From Ascidiella aspersa (Eukaryota): a stretch of DNA of 64,000 nucleotides. Below are positions 1 through 12,143 of this stretch, in pieces (positions within the stretch are counted from its first letter, which is position 1; each line of letters opens with the position of its first letter). The position numbers and the translations under genes are program-made. The DNA lies in the NCBI GenBank assembly GCA_963924565.1, contig OZ004612.1, positions 26,102,001 through 26,166,000 on the forward strand, read 5' to 3'. The notes below the pieces were generated by a model, which had not been told where the DNA came from, did no database searches, and saw only the letters and a program-made list of their open reading frames with translations.

Positions 1-1464
1 TTTGTCCAAACACAAGAAGCAAACGAATTGTCCATCAACGAAACATAGATCTGACCTGTCAGCACACTGAGGTTCATCGTCATAGATATTTATCTGGGGT
101 AAAACGCAAATTCCAGTTCTGACTGTTCCTGAGCATTTAAAACCCAGCCCGGTTTCGATTTCATCATCATTGCAACGAATATGTTGGTTGTCGCAATATT
201 CATGAGTCGAAATGAGATTACCGTTACTGCATCGTGTCAAACTTGTGTGTGTTCCCTGCTCACACACCCACTGTCCATTACAAACCCTGTCTCTCCTCCC
301 TTCACACGGCCCCATAAGTTGTCGGCAAGTCGTGTTGTGGATCGCTTGATACTTGCTTTTGCTTGTCTCGTTGAAGCAATAAGTTACGCTAACCCACTTA
401 CCGCGAACAAATACCCTCCGATCATCGCAAGGCTCCATTCGTCCGACGCACTGGATTCTACCGTCAGCCACTTGTTGCTGGCAAGCCCCGCAAAACCACT
501 TGTCGCTAACGTCTAAGCAACGGGGCGGCCCACTGTCACATAAATGCTGCTCGCGAACACACTGAAGCCCATCGTTGCAATGTACCAAACCACTTCCACA
601 GCTGCTGCAGTTCGTTTCATCACTCCAATCGTTACAATTCTGCAACCCATCGCACAACGAACATGCGCGAAGGCACCTCCTCTCATTATCGCACTTCTTC
701 ACTCCTGGTTTGCAAGTTGTGCAGTTTATCTCATCACTCCAGTCGTAACAATTATTCCACCCATTGCACCACAAACTCTCAGAAACACACTGCTTCCCAT
801 CATCGCACTTCTTTTCTCCTGATTTGCAAGTTGTTGTGCAGTTAGTCTCATCGCTCCAATCGTTACAACCCTTCCACCCATCGCACCACCAACTTGTAAG
901 AATACACTGCTTTCCATCATCGCACTTCTTCGCTCCTGGTTTGCAAGTTGTACAGTTCGTCTCATCGCTGAAATCAATACAACCCCTTCTCCCATTGCAC
1001 CATATGCTTGCGTGAACACATTGCCTCCCATCATCGCACTTCTGTGCTCCTGGTTTGCAAGTTGTACAGTTCGTCTCATCGCTTAAATCATCACAGGTCT
1101 GCCACCCATTGCACCTCAAACTTGCGGGAACACACTTGCTCCTATCATCGCACATCTTTGCTCCTGGTTTACAAGTTGTGCAGTTTGCCTCATCACTCTT
1201 ATCGGAACAATTCCACCACCCGTCACACCACGTACTTTCAATAACACACTGCTTCCCATTATCACACTTCTTCGCTCCTGGTTTGCAAGTTGTACAGTTT
1301 GTCTCATCACTCTTATCGTCACAATTCTTCAACCCATCACAAACATCAGTTTGGTTGATACATTTCCCATCTGGCCTGCTACATTCGAACTGATCTCTGG
1401 CGCATCTTGCTTTAGCTCCTATACACAAGGCAAGCAGAGCAGAAACAAAAATTTGCAACTGCAT
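1..1464 (-). CDS. Secreted/membrane protein with signal peptide and about 8 tandem LDLa repeats; likely N-terminus of a GRL101-like / tunicate LDLa-GPCR (3' part outside window)
   Basis: ATG at 1464 opens a frame with no stop through position 1 (488 codons; not listed in the ORF track). It starts MQLQIFVSALLALCIGAKARCARDQFEC. Then come 38-aa repeats such as TTCKPGAKKCDNGKQCVIESTWCDGWWNCSDKSDEANC (CDG..C.D.SDE.NC LDLa signature), then degenerate Cys-rich units ending GFKC..CVLPQINIYDDEPQCADRSDLCF..CFLCLDK. The GPCR assignment is inference. Confidence 0.9.
   Translation of the reverse strand, partial: MQLQIFVSALLALCIGAKARCARDQFECSRPDGKCINQTDVCDGLKNCDDKSDETNCTTCKPGAKKCDNGKQCVIESTWCDGWWNCSDKSDEANCTTCKPGAKMCDDRSKCVPASLRCNGWQTCDDLSDETNCTTCKPGAQKCDDGRQCVHASIWCNGRRGCIDFSDETNCTTCKPGAKKCDDGKQCILTSWWCDGWKGCNDWSDETNCTTTCKSGEKKCDDGKQCVSESLWCNGWNNCYDWSDEINCTTCKPGVKKCDNERRCLRACSLCDGLQNCNDWSDETNCSSCGSGLVHCNDGLQCVREQHLCDSGPPRCLDVSDKWFCGACQQQVADGRIQCVGRMEPCDDRRVFVRGKWVSVTYCFNETSKSKYQAIHNTTCRQLMGPCEGRRDRVCNGQWVCEQGTHTSLTRCSNGNLISTHEYCDNQHIRCNDDEIETGLGFKCSGTVRTGICVLPQINIYDDEPQCADRSDLCFVDGQFVCFLCLDK
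600..1395 (-). repeat. 114-bp coding tandem repeat (about 7 near-identical LDLa units)
   Basis: SDE codons recur at about 1303, 1189, 1075, 961, 847, 731 and 617; the motif ctcctggtttgcaagttgt recurs with the same period. Confidence 0.9.
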
Positions 1465-2479
1465 GTTATCAGTTTCCAAAATCTCGTGTTAAACTTCTAG
1501 TGAAAATATAACGGTTTAATCGTTAACGAATTTCCACGACTAAAGGTCAACAACAATATGGCAAGAAAACCCATATATTTTGTGTCTCGTATTTTGTTTG
1601 TACCAAACGTATTCAATAATGTTGGAAATTTGTTTTAAAATGTATATAAATGAAACATGTTTAGTCTAAACCTTGCACTCCGCAAATAATGGAGTAGCAG
1701 TCTCTTATCGTATTTGTTATTTGTAAACAAGTTGCTAAATTTAGTGATTGGTAAATCATAGAACTTAATTTTTAACAGAACATGAAATACAAGGACGTCG
1801 AAACGTCGATTGATTATAAAAAACTGCTGGATAAGCAACACTCGAATATACATTATGCCTGGCAGCAATAGCTTATTTCATAAAATACAATGTTAACCTA
1901 TAACACCTCAGCTAATCACATACATTGCTATGAAACAATTTAAACTTCACTGAAATGCTGCGCTAATGAGAAAAAGGTAAACAAAACCATAGCTAACGTC
2001 ATGTTCAAATCCACAGCTACAACAACATAACTCTGTATATATTTTTCCACATTTATCTCGTTTTGTGAATATTCACTCCTGACTGCAACTTTCAATATTT
2101 TAAATAACAAAATCCCCGCAAAGTGAAAACAAAGACTAAAATAATTAAACAAAAGCAGAAAATTTAAGCACACACCTATTACTATACGAACTTTGTTGAA
2201 AAACTACAAACCTAAGATAACTATTTATTTCAACAATTGCACGGTTAGCAACATTATATTAGAACACTGCTTAAATATATACAAAGCGTTTTTGAGAGCA
2301 AATTATCTCATTTCTTGCTACTACTGTTTTACGTTTGTAAGATATCAACAATAAACACCAGTCGCCGCGTGAAAATCATGAAAAAAATGTTCTTCATTGT
2401 GACGTAACACGGATGTACACCTGTTGTTCCTGTCGCGTTTTGGGTCAGGCACAAGCAAACGTCTTTCAATCACTTAAAG

Positions 2480-2805
2480 CAGTGGTTCTTAACCTTTGGC
2501 AACCTGTCGAACCCCTATGTTAATCTGCAAGCTTTCGTCGAACCCCAAATTTCGCTTAGTTTTTGTTTCTTCCTCCTAGCAGCTGAAACTGGGCATAATC
2601 AAATTATAAACTTTTATTATAGGTTAATTGGCCAAACTTTCATTTATATAGGTTAATTGGCCAAACTTTCAATTTATAACGTTACATGCCACACCTAGGC
2701 ACATACAAGAGATTCGAATTTAGCTTGAACTAATAGCATTTATGTTTCAGAGGACGTTCTCGTAGAACCCCAAGGGTTCGATTGAAACCTGGTTAAAAAC
2801 CATTG
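2480..2805. mobile_element. hAT-type MITE (CAGTGGTTCTTAACC family)
   Basis: Imperfect TIRs cagtggttcttaacc / ggttaaaaaccattg; exact 8-bp TSD acttaaag (2472-2479, 2806-2813). Confidence 0.85.
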
Positions 2806-3319
2806 ACTTAAAGGAAATGTTGCAATGTCGGTCACGTAATGGATTAACTCAGCCGTTTGGCTTATGAAAAACGACTAAGGAAGTTAGTAACAAATTCCAA
2901 GGTTAATCTATGAAGAATAACCACGTAATATGGTAGAATAGTTAAAAGAAATATTGGAAACAAGTTACGTTTATCCAGAGACGCAAGTCGAATTTTGTGT
3001 ATATGTTAAAATTAACATATTGCTGTGTTTCGATGTTGATATTTCCAGTATTCTTTTTCCCTGAAACATTCATTCACATGTGTGTTCGACTGCGAACTGG
3101 CCCTTCTGAAGTCGTATTAACCTACGATGACGACACACTTTTCGTATTTATTTGTTCTAATTTTAATACATATTTGTTGTACCTAAAGGACAAAAAATAC
3201 ACGGAGAGCCTTCTGAGGCGCTAACCGAAATCGGTTGATTGAAAAGGTCCACGTATGGCCGGAGTTCGTGAGTTCGAACCTTACCAGAGCCTAGAGGTTT
3301 TTCTTGCCTAGCTTTAAAT

Positions 3320-3633
3320 CGGTGGTTCTTAACCTTTGGTAACCTGTCGAACCCCTATGTTATTCTACAAGCTTTCGTCAAACCCCAAATTTTGGCTAAG
3401 AATTCTTTTCTTCCTCTTAGCAGCTGAAACTGGGCATAATCAAATTATAAACTTGTACTTATATATAGGTTAAATTGGCCAAACTTTCAATTTATTTCGT
3501 TACATGACACCTTGGCACATAAAAAATAGCTTGAACTAACAACATTTATGTTCCAGAAAACGTTCTCGCCGAATCCTTGAAACAGCTGTGTCGAACCCCA
3601 AGGGTTCGATCGAACCCTGGTTAAGAACCACTG
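3320..3633. mobile_element. Second copy of the same hAT-type MITE
   Basis: Body closely similar to 2480-2805; TSD ctttaaat / ccttaaat (1 mismatch). Confidence 0.8.
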
Positions 3634-4368
3634 CCTTAAATCCTTAATTAATTAACTTATTTCGGCCATTGTCTTAAGTTAACAAAATTCTACCTACTTT
3701 CTTATGAGCTTTGACATTCATTATACGTCTAACTACAACCTTCAGCCATTATCTTTTATCAATTTATTCGAAACATACGTTTAAACGACATAGATTGGCG
3801 CGTTTCTAAAGATACTTCGTCGAGTGACAACTACTCCTCTATTACTCGGTTACCTATAGTTCATTAGGTTCAAAATAAGTTATGCACTCGCCGACTGTAA
3901 TATTTATGATATTAAAAAGCATTTAATTTCATATTGAAATTTTTTTAATTTTTTTACGTGCATTAAATTTCTTTTTTAATATTACCCATAAAAACCTAAA
4001 AACTGGAGAAAATATTTACTAATTCCATTTCGTTGAATGGATAATTCATCTATTATATAAACACTATGAAATAAATATCATTTACCTATAATTTGCACAA
4101 TAGTTGACTTTAATTTAAAAGGCGATGCTAAACACATTTTTTTTTCATTAAATTCTAGATAAGTATTCGCTAGTGGTCGGCAAAGAGCCGGTGCTGTCGG
4201 ATGACTTCACATCGGTTGATGTAAGGGTCAATGGGGAGTGCGTTCAGTTTTCACGACCCGATGTGAGGATTCTGCTGACGTTTGCATTAAATACAATGGA
4301 GTATATATTTTTTGCTATATTCAGTTCTACATCCAGTTCCAACCACAAGGTGTTGTGTGAGTTTAAAC

Positions 4369-4670
4369 CAGGGCTGCGTAGTCGGTTAAAAATAACCCGA
4401 GTCCGACTCCGGCCAAAAAAATGAACCCGAGTCCAACTCCGGTCAAATGTGCGATTTCGTCCAGTCCCGAGTTCGGCCCTGACTCTACAGCTTGTATTTT
4501 CGCTGATTTAAAATAACGTGGATATATTCAGCATTCCACTTATAGGGGTGTCGTATAATTCATCCACTCACAATAAATGGTCGGAAAATATTCTACCATA
4601 CGCCATTACACCTTTACAATTTCCAGTTGGCGGCCATATCAGTTTTAAACTTTGATACTGCGCAAGTTTT
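4369..4670. mobile_element. Partial copy of the GAGTCG-repeat hAT MITE
   Basis: Begins cagggctgcgtagtcggttaaaa; reverse-complement homologue of 25921-26340. Confidence 0.75.
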
Positions 4671-4770
4671 CCAGGTGCGTCGCACGATACAAAGCGGAAG
4701 TATCGGTACTCGTCCGATATTGGTGCCGATCCGATTTTTCATCCATGAGGATTCTAACTATAGTATAGGT

Positions 4771-5078
4771 CAGGGATGTCCAACATTTTATTATAGTGGG
4801 CCGCATTGACACCTGAAATAATTTAATGGGCCGCAGAACCTATTATGTTTCAAGATTAAGTATTGCTCTTTAGAGTTATAACGGGCCTTTAGAGTTATAC
4901 ATATATATTTTTACCAATACTATACGATTAGTGCGCCCCTAAAGCTGACTGGTACATTTTAATTAGGCTAATATTGAACGTTTAAAATACTACTTGGGAG
5001 TCAAAATGACTAGCGGGCCGCACAAAAATTTCAGGCGGGCCGCAATGTGGCCCGCGGGCCGCAGGTTGGACATCCCTG
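4771..5078. mobile_element. hAT-type MITE (CAGGGATGTCCAAC)
   Basis: Perfect 14-bp TIR cagggatgtccaac / gttggacatccctg; 8-bp TSD gtataggt; subterminal gcgggccgc repeats. Confidence 0.9.
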
Positions 5079-5198
5079 GTATAGGTTAACAATTTTACTA
5101 AACTTCCTAACGCTAAGGGAAAATTTAGTCTAATAACTTGAAAACGTTGGGCGTATTAGCAGCACCTGGTGTCGGATAGCGATACATTTTGTCTAAAG

Positions 5199-5609
5199 CA
5201 GGGGTGTCCAACTCAAAGATACCGGCGTGCCAATTTTTATCCTATAACTTCTTCCCGTGCCAAAGTTAGTGAATAATTGTTTCTGCTAATAAAAGCGTTG
5301 TTTACAAATGATTAAAACTTGTAGTAGCAGTGCGCATTTTACTGCATCTAAATGTCCGTCGGTGAGCTGACTTTATGTTTCTTCACACCAAACTTTATAG
5401 TTATGTAAATGCTAGCCTCCACTACAGTATAGTCTTGTAATATGAGAAGTAATTGTTAGTTGTCGTGATTGCCGCGATTGTTTTATATTGTAAATAAACA
5501 ATCCCATTTTACTGTATAAAAAATTAAGTATTTTAGGGGGGCTTGCGTGCCATTTGTTATTAGGTGGCGTGCCACATTTGGCACGCGTGCCGCTTGTTGG
5601 ACACCCCTG
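5199..5609. mobile_element. hAT-type MITE (CAGGGGTGTCCAAC)
   Basis: Perfect TIR caggggtgtccaac / gttggacacccctg; 8-bp TSD gtctaaag; subterminal gcgtgcc repeats. Confidence 0.9.
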
Positions 5610-7434
5610 GTCTAAAGCATCGTATCCCTGGTTCAGAATAAAATGTCAAGTATCGCACATCGCTCGACTAAATCACTAAGTTTGAAAAACACGTTGTAAT
5701 ATAATTTTAAAAAGAATAGTGCAGAATATTGGACATTGGCCAGACACTAAAAGCAATGGTAAGGCACAAAATGCGATAAAAAGCAGTTATGCTATGCGTA
5801 TGTTAAGTAAGGGTTGCGCAGCCTGCGACCTATGACCAAGTGCTATCCGCAGAGTGAAGATATATGGCTCTTTAAACAAGACGGGTTTTACTGTTTTGGT
5901 TTGTTGTACAGTGTCTTTGGCCTGCCGCAAATTTGAAAAAAAAACGCTTACTAACCGACTAAAAGTGTACAGCGCTACCTAGCGGATAAACGCCGCTTAA
6001 CGTTATCCCATTAGAGGCGCTACGACATCTTAAAATCTTTTTTGTTACAGCTGGCAAAAATTTAACATAAAAGTATAAAAAATATAAAATTAACATAAAA
6101 CTATAAACATATAGTACGACTTAGGCCTTCTAGGGTGATCTTAGTTATAAGCATTGTGCAAAGTTGCACGATGTTATTACCTCTACACGTTAATGTGTTA
6201 AATTCTTTAAATTTGCTAGTCGTTTGACCAGAGTTGTATCGACTCTAACCCGATCCCAATTACGGATCCACATCGTTCTTCCTTTAAGAGCAAGATAAGG
6301 TTTATTGCGGTGGAAAACTTCAATACTTTCATATTCCCTTGCTTTGTTCAGCTCACTAAACGCGAAGCTACTGGCAGCATGCTGGGCGTTTTATTGCAAC
6401 TTGGAGTTGTCCTTCAGAAAGAGGCTTCTTCTATAGTAAAATAACTTATTGCTATTACAAAACAATACATTTTACCGCCGCAAATTTAATTGCGAAATCT
6501 GGAGGCAGTGTACACCTCTTGGTTAGCACCTGTTTCACGTGATACTCCAACCATACATATCAACACCAGGCTTGCACAATTTAAAATTCTACAGAGCCGC
6601 CGCAAGCCAAAAACAAAATTATTCCGCAAACTGAAGTTGAATGCATGACGGTTCTCAAAGCTTCCATTTGTGAGTTTATTTATCAATTTCGACGATAACA
6701 GATTTAAAGTACTAAAATGGCAAAGATTAGTACCTTAAGCTAATATACTTTTACCAGCTGTACAAGTCAGCTTATTAATACAAGTAATAAAATAAAATAT
6801 TATGTATTTATTATTATTGAATGGATTTTTAGATTGACCCAAAATGAAACAAGGCAGAAAATCGAAAAAAAATCTATCTTTGTTTAACGTCAAAGGGACG
6901 GCAACAAAACTGTGTTTTAAAATCAGTAATTATAATGACGGTAAAACAGTTATATAGTTTCAAGACAGCTCTTTATGCAAGGTTTGTCAACAAATTAGAT
7001 TTTTTTTTTAAATAAACTAAACATGTTTAAAATATTTTTAGACCACAATTTTAGTGATTTGTTCTCCTTTTGACTAATTTTGTGCAAAAAAATTCCCAAA
7101 ACTTTAAACAGGATTTTTTTTGCGTCATTAATTGAAATTTAGACCAAATATGAATTAATGTTGACGTCAATTTAAATTAACTCAGGAATTTCTCTCTTTA
7201 TTGGCGCTGTTGCATTATTTTATTAATTTTTTAGTATCCGCGAACCTTAAAATTGAATAATGTCGATATGCCATTGTTGTGACCAATGTGCCTTAAGAAT
7301 CCGATATTGATGTCAACAAAAATCATAAAAGAAATCAAAAATAAATAAAGATTAGCAAAGTTGTGTAAACATATACTTGTTGTGTTCAGTCAATCATTGG
7401 ACATCAACCCACGAAATATTGACAAATGGCAATG

Positions 7435-8262
7435 TTAGAACAGGCGTATATGAGTATAAACAGAAAAATTGAATGCATTCTTATTTTGCAAACCTTTTGT
7501 AAGGGATGACAACAATTTAAATAGATGGAAAAACTGTACGAGCATATACATTTTGTTAGTTGTTTGTCTTCTTGGATGAATAGCTCTGTACACCAACTGG
7601 CAAGAAGTGTGGATAGGTGACAAGTTTAGATCTGGCTTCAATCCAGTTTCGGGGTCGACGTATTCAGCATATTTCACTTCCCTTAACACTTTAAAACCAC
7701 AACCTTTTAAGGCACGTTGTGCAAAAAACGAACTTGGTATCGCCACAACATATTTGCAGCCTTCCATTCTGGCTATGCTCAATCCGAAGTCAACCATAGC
7801 TGCACTGATTCCCTTTGAACGATACTCCACTTTTACACATGCCATTGACCAATACATGTACCGGTTGGTGTTCAAATCGGCGAATATGTCGCCTGATACC
7901 ATATTTACAAATCTGGCAACCGTTGCATTTTTCTCTCTGACAGCATGGTTGATCTTGCCTTCAGCGATGTCATGGATGGTGTTCATTAAAACAGCAATGA
8001 GTTCTCCGGTTTGTTTTTCAAAAGTCCCAAAACAAATTTTGCTCGTCAGCATTTTTTTGGCTGCCAGGGTGTCTTTCACTTCGAGATTTTCTTTGCAGAG
8101 CTTGAATGTTGTGCAGATAGCGTGTTGATAACTGTAGTTGTGAGTAATGAGACTTTCAACGTCCGGTAAATCCTTTTCGGTCAACAGTCTACAAATGAAA
8201 CCAGGTAAGGTTCCCAATGCTTTACTTGAAAACCCAAGTTTTTCATTTACTGGTTGCGCCAT
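7435..8262 (-). CDS. GNAT-family N-acetyltransferase, insect-type arylalkylamine N-acetyltransferase (AANAT)-like; intronless
   Basis: 275-aa ORF. Acetyl-CoA-binding motif A (ACVKVEYRSKGISAAMV), followed by GCKYVVAIPSSFFAQRALKGCGFKVLREVKYAEY and a C-terminal HTSCQLVYR, a layout typical of insect AANAT-like proteins. Confidence 0.8.
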   Translation of the reverse strand: MAQPVNEKLGFSSKALGTLPGFICRLLTEKDLPDVESLITHNYSYQHAICTTFKLCKENLEVKDTLAAKKMLTSKICFGTFEKQTGELIAVLMNTIHDIAEGKINHAVREKNATVARFVNMVSGDIFADLNTNRYMYWSMACVKVEYRSKGISAAMVDFGLSIARMEGCKYVVAIPSSFFAQRALKGCGFKVLREVKYAEYVDPETGLKPDLNLSPIHTSCQLVYRAIHPRRQTTNKMYMLVQFFHLFKLLSSLTKGLQNKNAFNFSVYTHIRLF

Positions 8263-9589
8263 ATTTAACTATTGAGGTACTGTCAGTACAAATAAATGAA
8301 CACATAACATGGCGCATAATGGTTAGAGCTTGTAGAAAGACGTACAGTGACTGTATCAAACCATACAGAAGTGGTAGCATTTTGAACGTCGAATACCGAA
8401 TAATAATATTAATAGAGTTAGAATAATAATAAAGAGCTTTGCGCCCATTAAGAACGGTATATATTATACGCTTTATTTGGGAAGTTATATGTGCTTTAGG
8501 GCCATTAACTGATTGTCTGTGTATTTGTAAAATTTGATGTGCAATGCAAATGGCCATTAACAGTAAATTTCACATATTACTCGAGAGTTTCCGAGACTAA
8601 CTATATGCAACGTTAGGCAAATATCTATTTTCACTGTTCACCATCTTACACTAATCTGTCAACTCGTATATATCATTTGCAGTTTCAAAGTATGTAAATG
8701 TTACAGCCCTGTACTAGAGAAACGTGTCTCGTGAAAAAGTCTCAGAAATGCCTCGTTACAGGAAATAAACATCAGACCAACCAAGCGAATCGCAAATGCG
8801 CTTGATTGAAAGCAGCCTTGAACTTGCCGTTTTTGTCAAAGCGCGATGTTTGCATTTTTCCTATTTGTTTCATTTGTTTATAACCCGTTTTTGTGTGGCC
8901 TTTTTCTCTTCGCGCGGTTAAAAAAAGACTTGTCAATCAGTTAAGTACAAATAATTTTTGTTTTGTATGGCAAGGGGCGGATCCAGAAGGGTAACAGAAT
9001 GACTTGGCCACGCCCCCAAATTATATTTTTGCGATTTTTTATGTAAACACAATTTTATGTTTTATCTTGCTTCACGGAAATCTATCTTTACTTGAAAGGC
9101 GCCATGTAAAGCGGTAAAACAACTGTTAAAGGAAGCGTTCCAGTACGCCTAATAGAATGTAAGCAGGTAGCCCGTAGCTAGAAAACAACCCCCCCCACGT
9201 AAATTTTTCATCAGCCATTTCTGCAATTTTTAGTTAAGTATTTAAACTAAGATTCCAGCGGAATATCCATGCACTGCATCGAACGAAAGCCTCGCGCTTC
9301 GCTGCACTTAAATGGTAACAGATTTTCGTTTAAAGTGAAGTCGTCTTGTTACGCCAATTCAGCGGCTTTTGGCTATTATGCTTCTCCCCCTTAGTTATTT
9401 TTACTCACTCTAACTATGTAAGTTAAGTCATTGACTTAAGTCATTACAACACTTAGCTGTTGCCTTGTATGTTATGGCGGGTTTGGATCTGTGCTACATT
9501 TTAGGCTCTACCAGTGTTGTAATGACTTAATTAACTCTTTTCAAATGACTTGACTATAGGACTTGAGTTATTAACTTAAATGACCTAGG

Positions 9590-10120
9590 TTGAAACTAAA
9601 AATAGAGGAAGTAGCTTCCCCTCGTTGTCAATAGAGACGCCAGTTAATATGAAGAAGGGCTGTACACCAAGTTCAGATAAATCATTTACTCTAGTAACGA
9701 TGCTTTTTGTAGTCTTGGTCCTGGCGGAATCAAACAAATTTGCGATGTTGGAATCGGGGAATATTGTTTTGAACAGTAGCGATGTGCAATCGTTGGTGAG
9801 GAATGATTGCTGGTTTTTAACAGTATGGAATGCCCAGGTACCCTCAGCAGCAGCTGCCTCGTAGTCTGTGGTTGTTTGTGCTGGTCGACTTGTAAAAAAC
9901 GTATTCATTGACTGGTTTGAGTTAATCATCATGACACACTTCTTGTGTTTTTAGGTATCAATGTTAATTGAAATAGCGCTCATTTCTTTGGCGTCTAGAT
10001 TAGTGTCGCATTTGCAGATATTGCAATGTGCGAAACACTTGCGCTTCAAGCTTCGTTTAATAGGCTACTTTAGAATTCCCGCTCACAATCGTCACGAAAA
10101 ATGTTTTTACGCTTGCCCAT
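9590..10120 (-). pseudogene. Degraded hAT transposase N-terminal fragment (zinc-finger plus adjacent helix region)
   Basis: Reads MGKRK... CFAHCNICKCD... (stop)KHKK... AAAAEGTWAFHTVKNQQSFLTNDCTSLLFKTIFPDSNIANLFDSARTKT, with stops and frameshifts. It resembles hAT/ZNF862-like transposases. Confidence 0.7.
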
Positions 10121-10487
10121 TTTAACTTATCAGATTTACAGATTTAACTTTATGCGCAACGTAATTCAGATAAATTTATCAATCATTTAAAGCTTTACTG
10201 CTTTAATCCAAGCGTCGACTGCATTCCAACCATTTTCCCTTTAACAACCACTTCGCAATGAATGCTGCTTCGCGCAGCCTATTATGTTGTAACCTAAACA
10301 ACATTAACCTTGTACTGCTGTTTACTGCCATAATGACGCCAGCTGCTGGATCCTGGTACAGCAGCCTTGACTGCTGTACCATTGCACTAGCTATCTCACC
10401 ACTTAAAAGTCAAATCTTGTGACGTGTTAGCCACGGGAGCACCTTTCATTTAGGATGTCCAAAATGTCGGAGCAAAAGCAGTTTTCA

Positions 10488-10900
10488 GAAGTTTTCCGTC
10501 TAATGTACGCAAACGTTGACGCCGTTACCAACGTGCCGGCTTGTGTGTTTTGGCAGCAAATCCACGAAGCCTTTCCTGAATCTAAGGTAATGCGCACATT
10601 TAAATGATTGTTTTCACTAGTTAAAAATGTTTGACTGCCGAAAACACACTTCATGGCTTTAGGTCCAAATATGAATGCTAGTTTCCTTGCGGGATTAGGA
10701 CTTTTGTTTGAGGGGCATTACATTTTTTTAGAGACGACGTTACAAAGTTTCGTCAAAATGTAAGTAACATCTAAACATGAAGACATAAAAGTCAACTTTA
10801 AGTCACAGAGTTAAATTACTTTATAGGATAGTGAGGTTTTACTTTCAAAACAAAAGCTACATTAAAAGATAATGTCGAGACACACAAAGTGCAAAACGCC
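10488..10900 (+). pseudogene. Inverted partial duplicate of sulfotransferase exon 1 (3' part) plus intron 1
   Basis: Encodes EVFRLMYANVDAVTNVPACVFWQQIHEAFPESK|gtaatg, versus EDFRRMYTNVDAVTDVPACAFWQQIHEAFPESK|gtaatg at 18334-18430. Similarity continues into the intron (about 17960-18330). Confidence 0.85.
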
Positions 10901-11279
10901 TTTAAATTAAATTGCCTAAACTTGTGTTTTTGTGGGTGCGATGCACAGTGTTTTAATGAATGAAGTCAATGACTTTACTAAAACGATTAGATTTCTAAAT
11001 GTTGTTTTTGGTATTTCCTGAATGATGTTTATAGTTTTAATATTAAATTAGTGGTTTGACTTGGAGATGACTTGCTCTAATAATGACTTGACTGGGACTT
11101 GAGGACTAAAGGCACACGAATGTTTAGCGTTTGTCAAAAGTCAATTCCGGTAAACACTGCTGCAGGGAACACACAATAAGACCTAAAAAGCAACAAAACC
11201 TGAAGCAGAATAAACTATAAAACCATAGTATTAAGACCAACGATATATCACAGCGAAATACACAGTAATATTCAGTACA

Positions 11280-11690
11280 GCATAAGAACAAAATCGTCTG
11301 AATAAGACCTAAATCTGATAAGGCTTAAATTTATCGGAATAAGGCCCAAATTCATTGGAATTGGTCCTAAATTTATCGGAATAAGGTCTAATTGGCCAAA
11401 ATAACCCCTGAACCTGCGGGTAGAGGGTATGGGACGTTTGCGGGCCATCGGTCTGGCATCGGCCGTATTACTGACTAAGTTTGGACGCCCTAGTCTGACC
11501 GGCGCCGTCAGGGCGCCCCTGTTTTGGCACCGGATTTTTGGTCCTGTTTGGGGTTATTGGTGGGTAATAGGGGGGGTTACAAAATGGGTTAGTGTTGAAA
11601 TTATTATGGGAGTTAGTAATGTACTTAGGGGTGGGGTTTGGGGTTAGTTGAAGTGTTGTTTAGGCCTCATTCTGACTGTTGTTCTTTTTT
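11280..11690. repeat. Repeat with aataag(a/g)cctaaat tandem motifs and ggggttag-like tracts (Helitron/HINE-like non-autonomous element)
   Basis: About 5 degenerate aataagacctaaa units at 11300-11395, gggttag-like tracts at 11570-11650, and ttaggcctcattctgac at 11660. Family assignment is inference. Confidence 0.45.
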
Positions 11691-12143
11691 CAGTCTTATG
11701 GCTGGAGTCCCTGCTGCAATTTGGTAAGTTATGTGTTTTCAAAAAAAAAACGAGCATAGTCGTGACCCATGAACAGGGAACCATGGGGAGGGGCCATAAC
11801 CCAAACTGTTTTTTTGCCTTTTTTACCTACCTAAAAAAACTTTCGCGCTCCAAAATATTCTGGATTATGTTTCCACAATGTTTCATTCGATTTTGTATAT
11901 ATTATCTGCATCTTAAAATTAGGTGGGACTGGTAAAACGCAAATTGTATTGTATTTTCGACGTAGAACTGGACAAACACTGCTATTTACAAATTATGTAC
12001 AATACGTTTAGGACTGTTCAAAAATGTCTGTCTCATATTTTAAGAAACTTAGGTCATTGGACTGTACTTAAGTGCAACTTAAGTCACAATTTTCAAATGA
12101 CTTGATTTTTTGACAAAATGATTGACTTGACTTTAGTGTTGTG

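Noticed and set aside
181-1393. Listed short ORFs (181-516, 544-822, 726-1079, 1055-1393 etc.)
   Set aside because: Antisense or alternative-frame shadows of the LDLa coding repeat.
3200-3300. Possible tRNA gene (gttcgaacc)
   Set aside because: No complete cloverleaf; at most a tRNA-derived SINE remnant.
7607-8128. 173-aa plus-strand ORF
   Set aside because: Antisense shadow of the GNAT gene.
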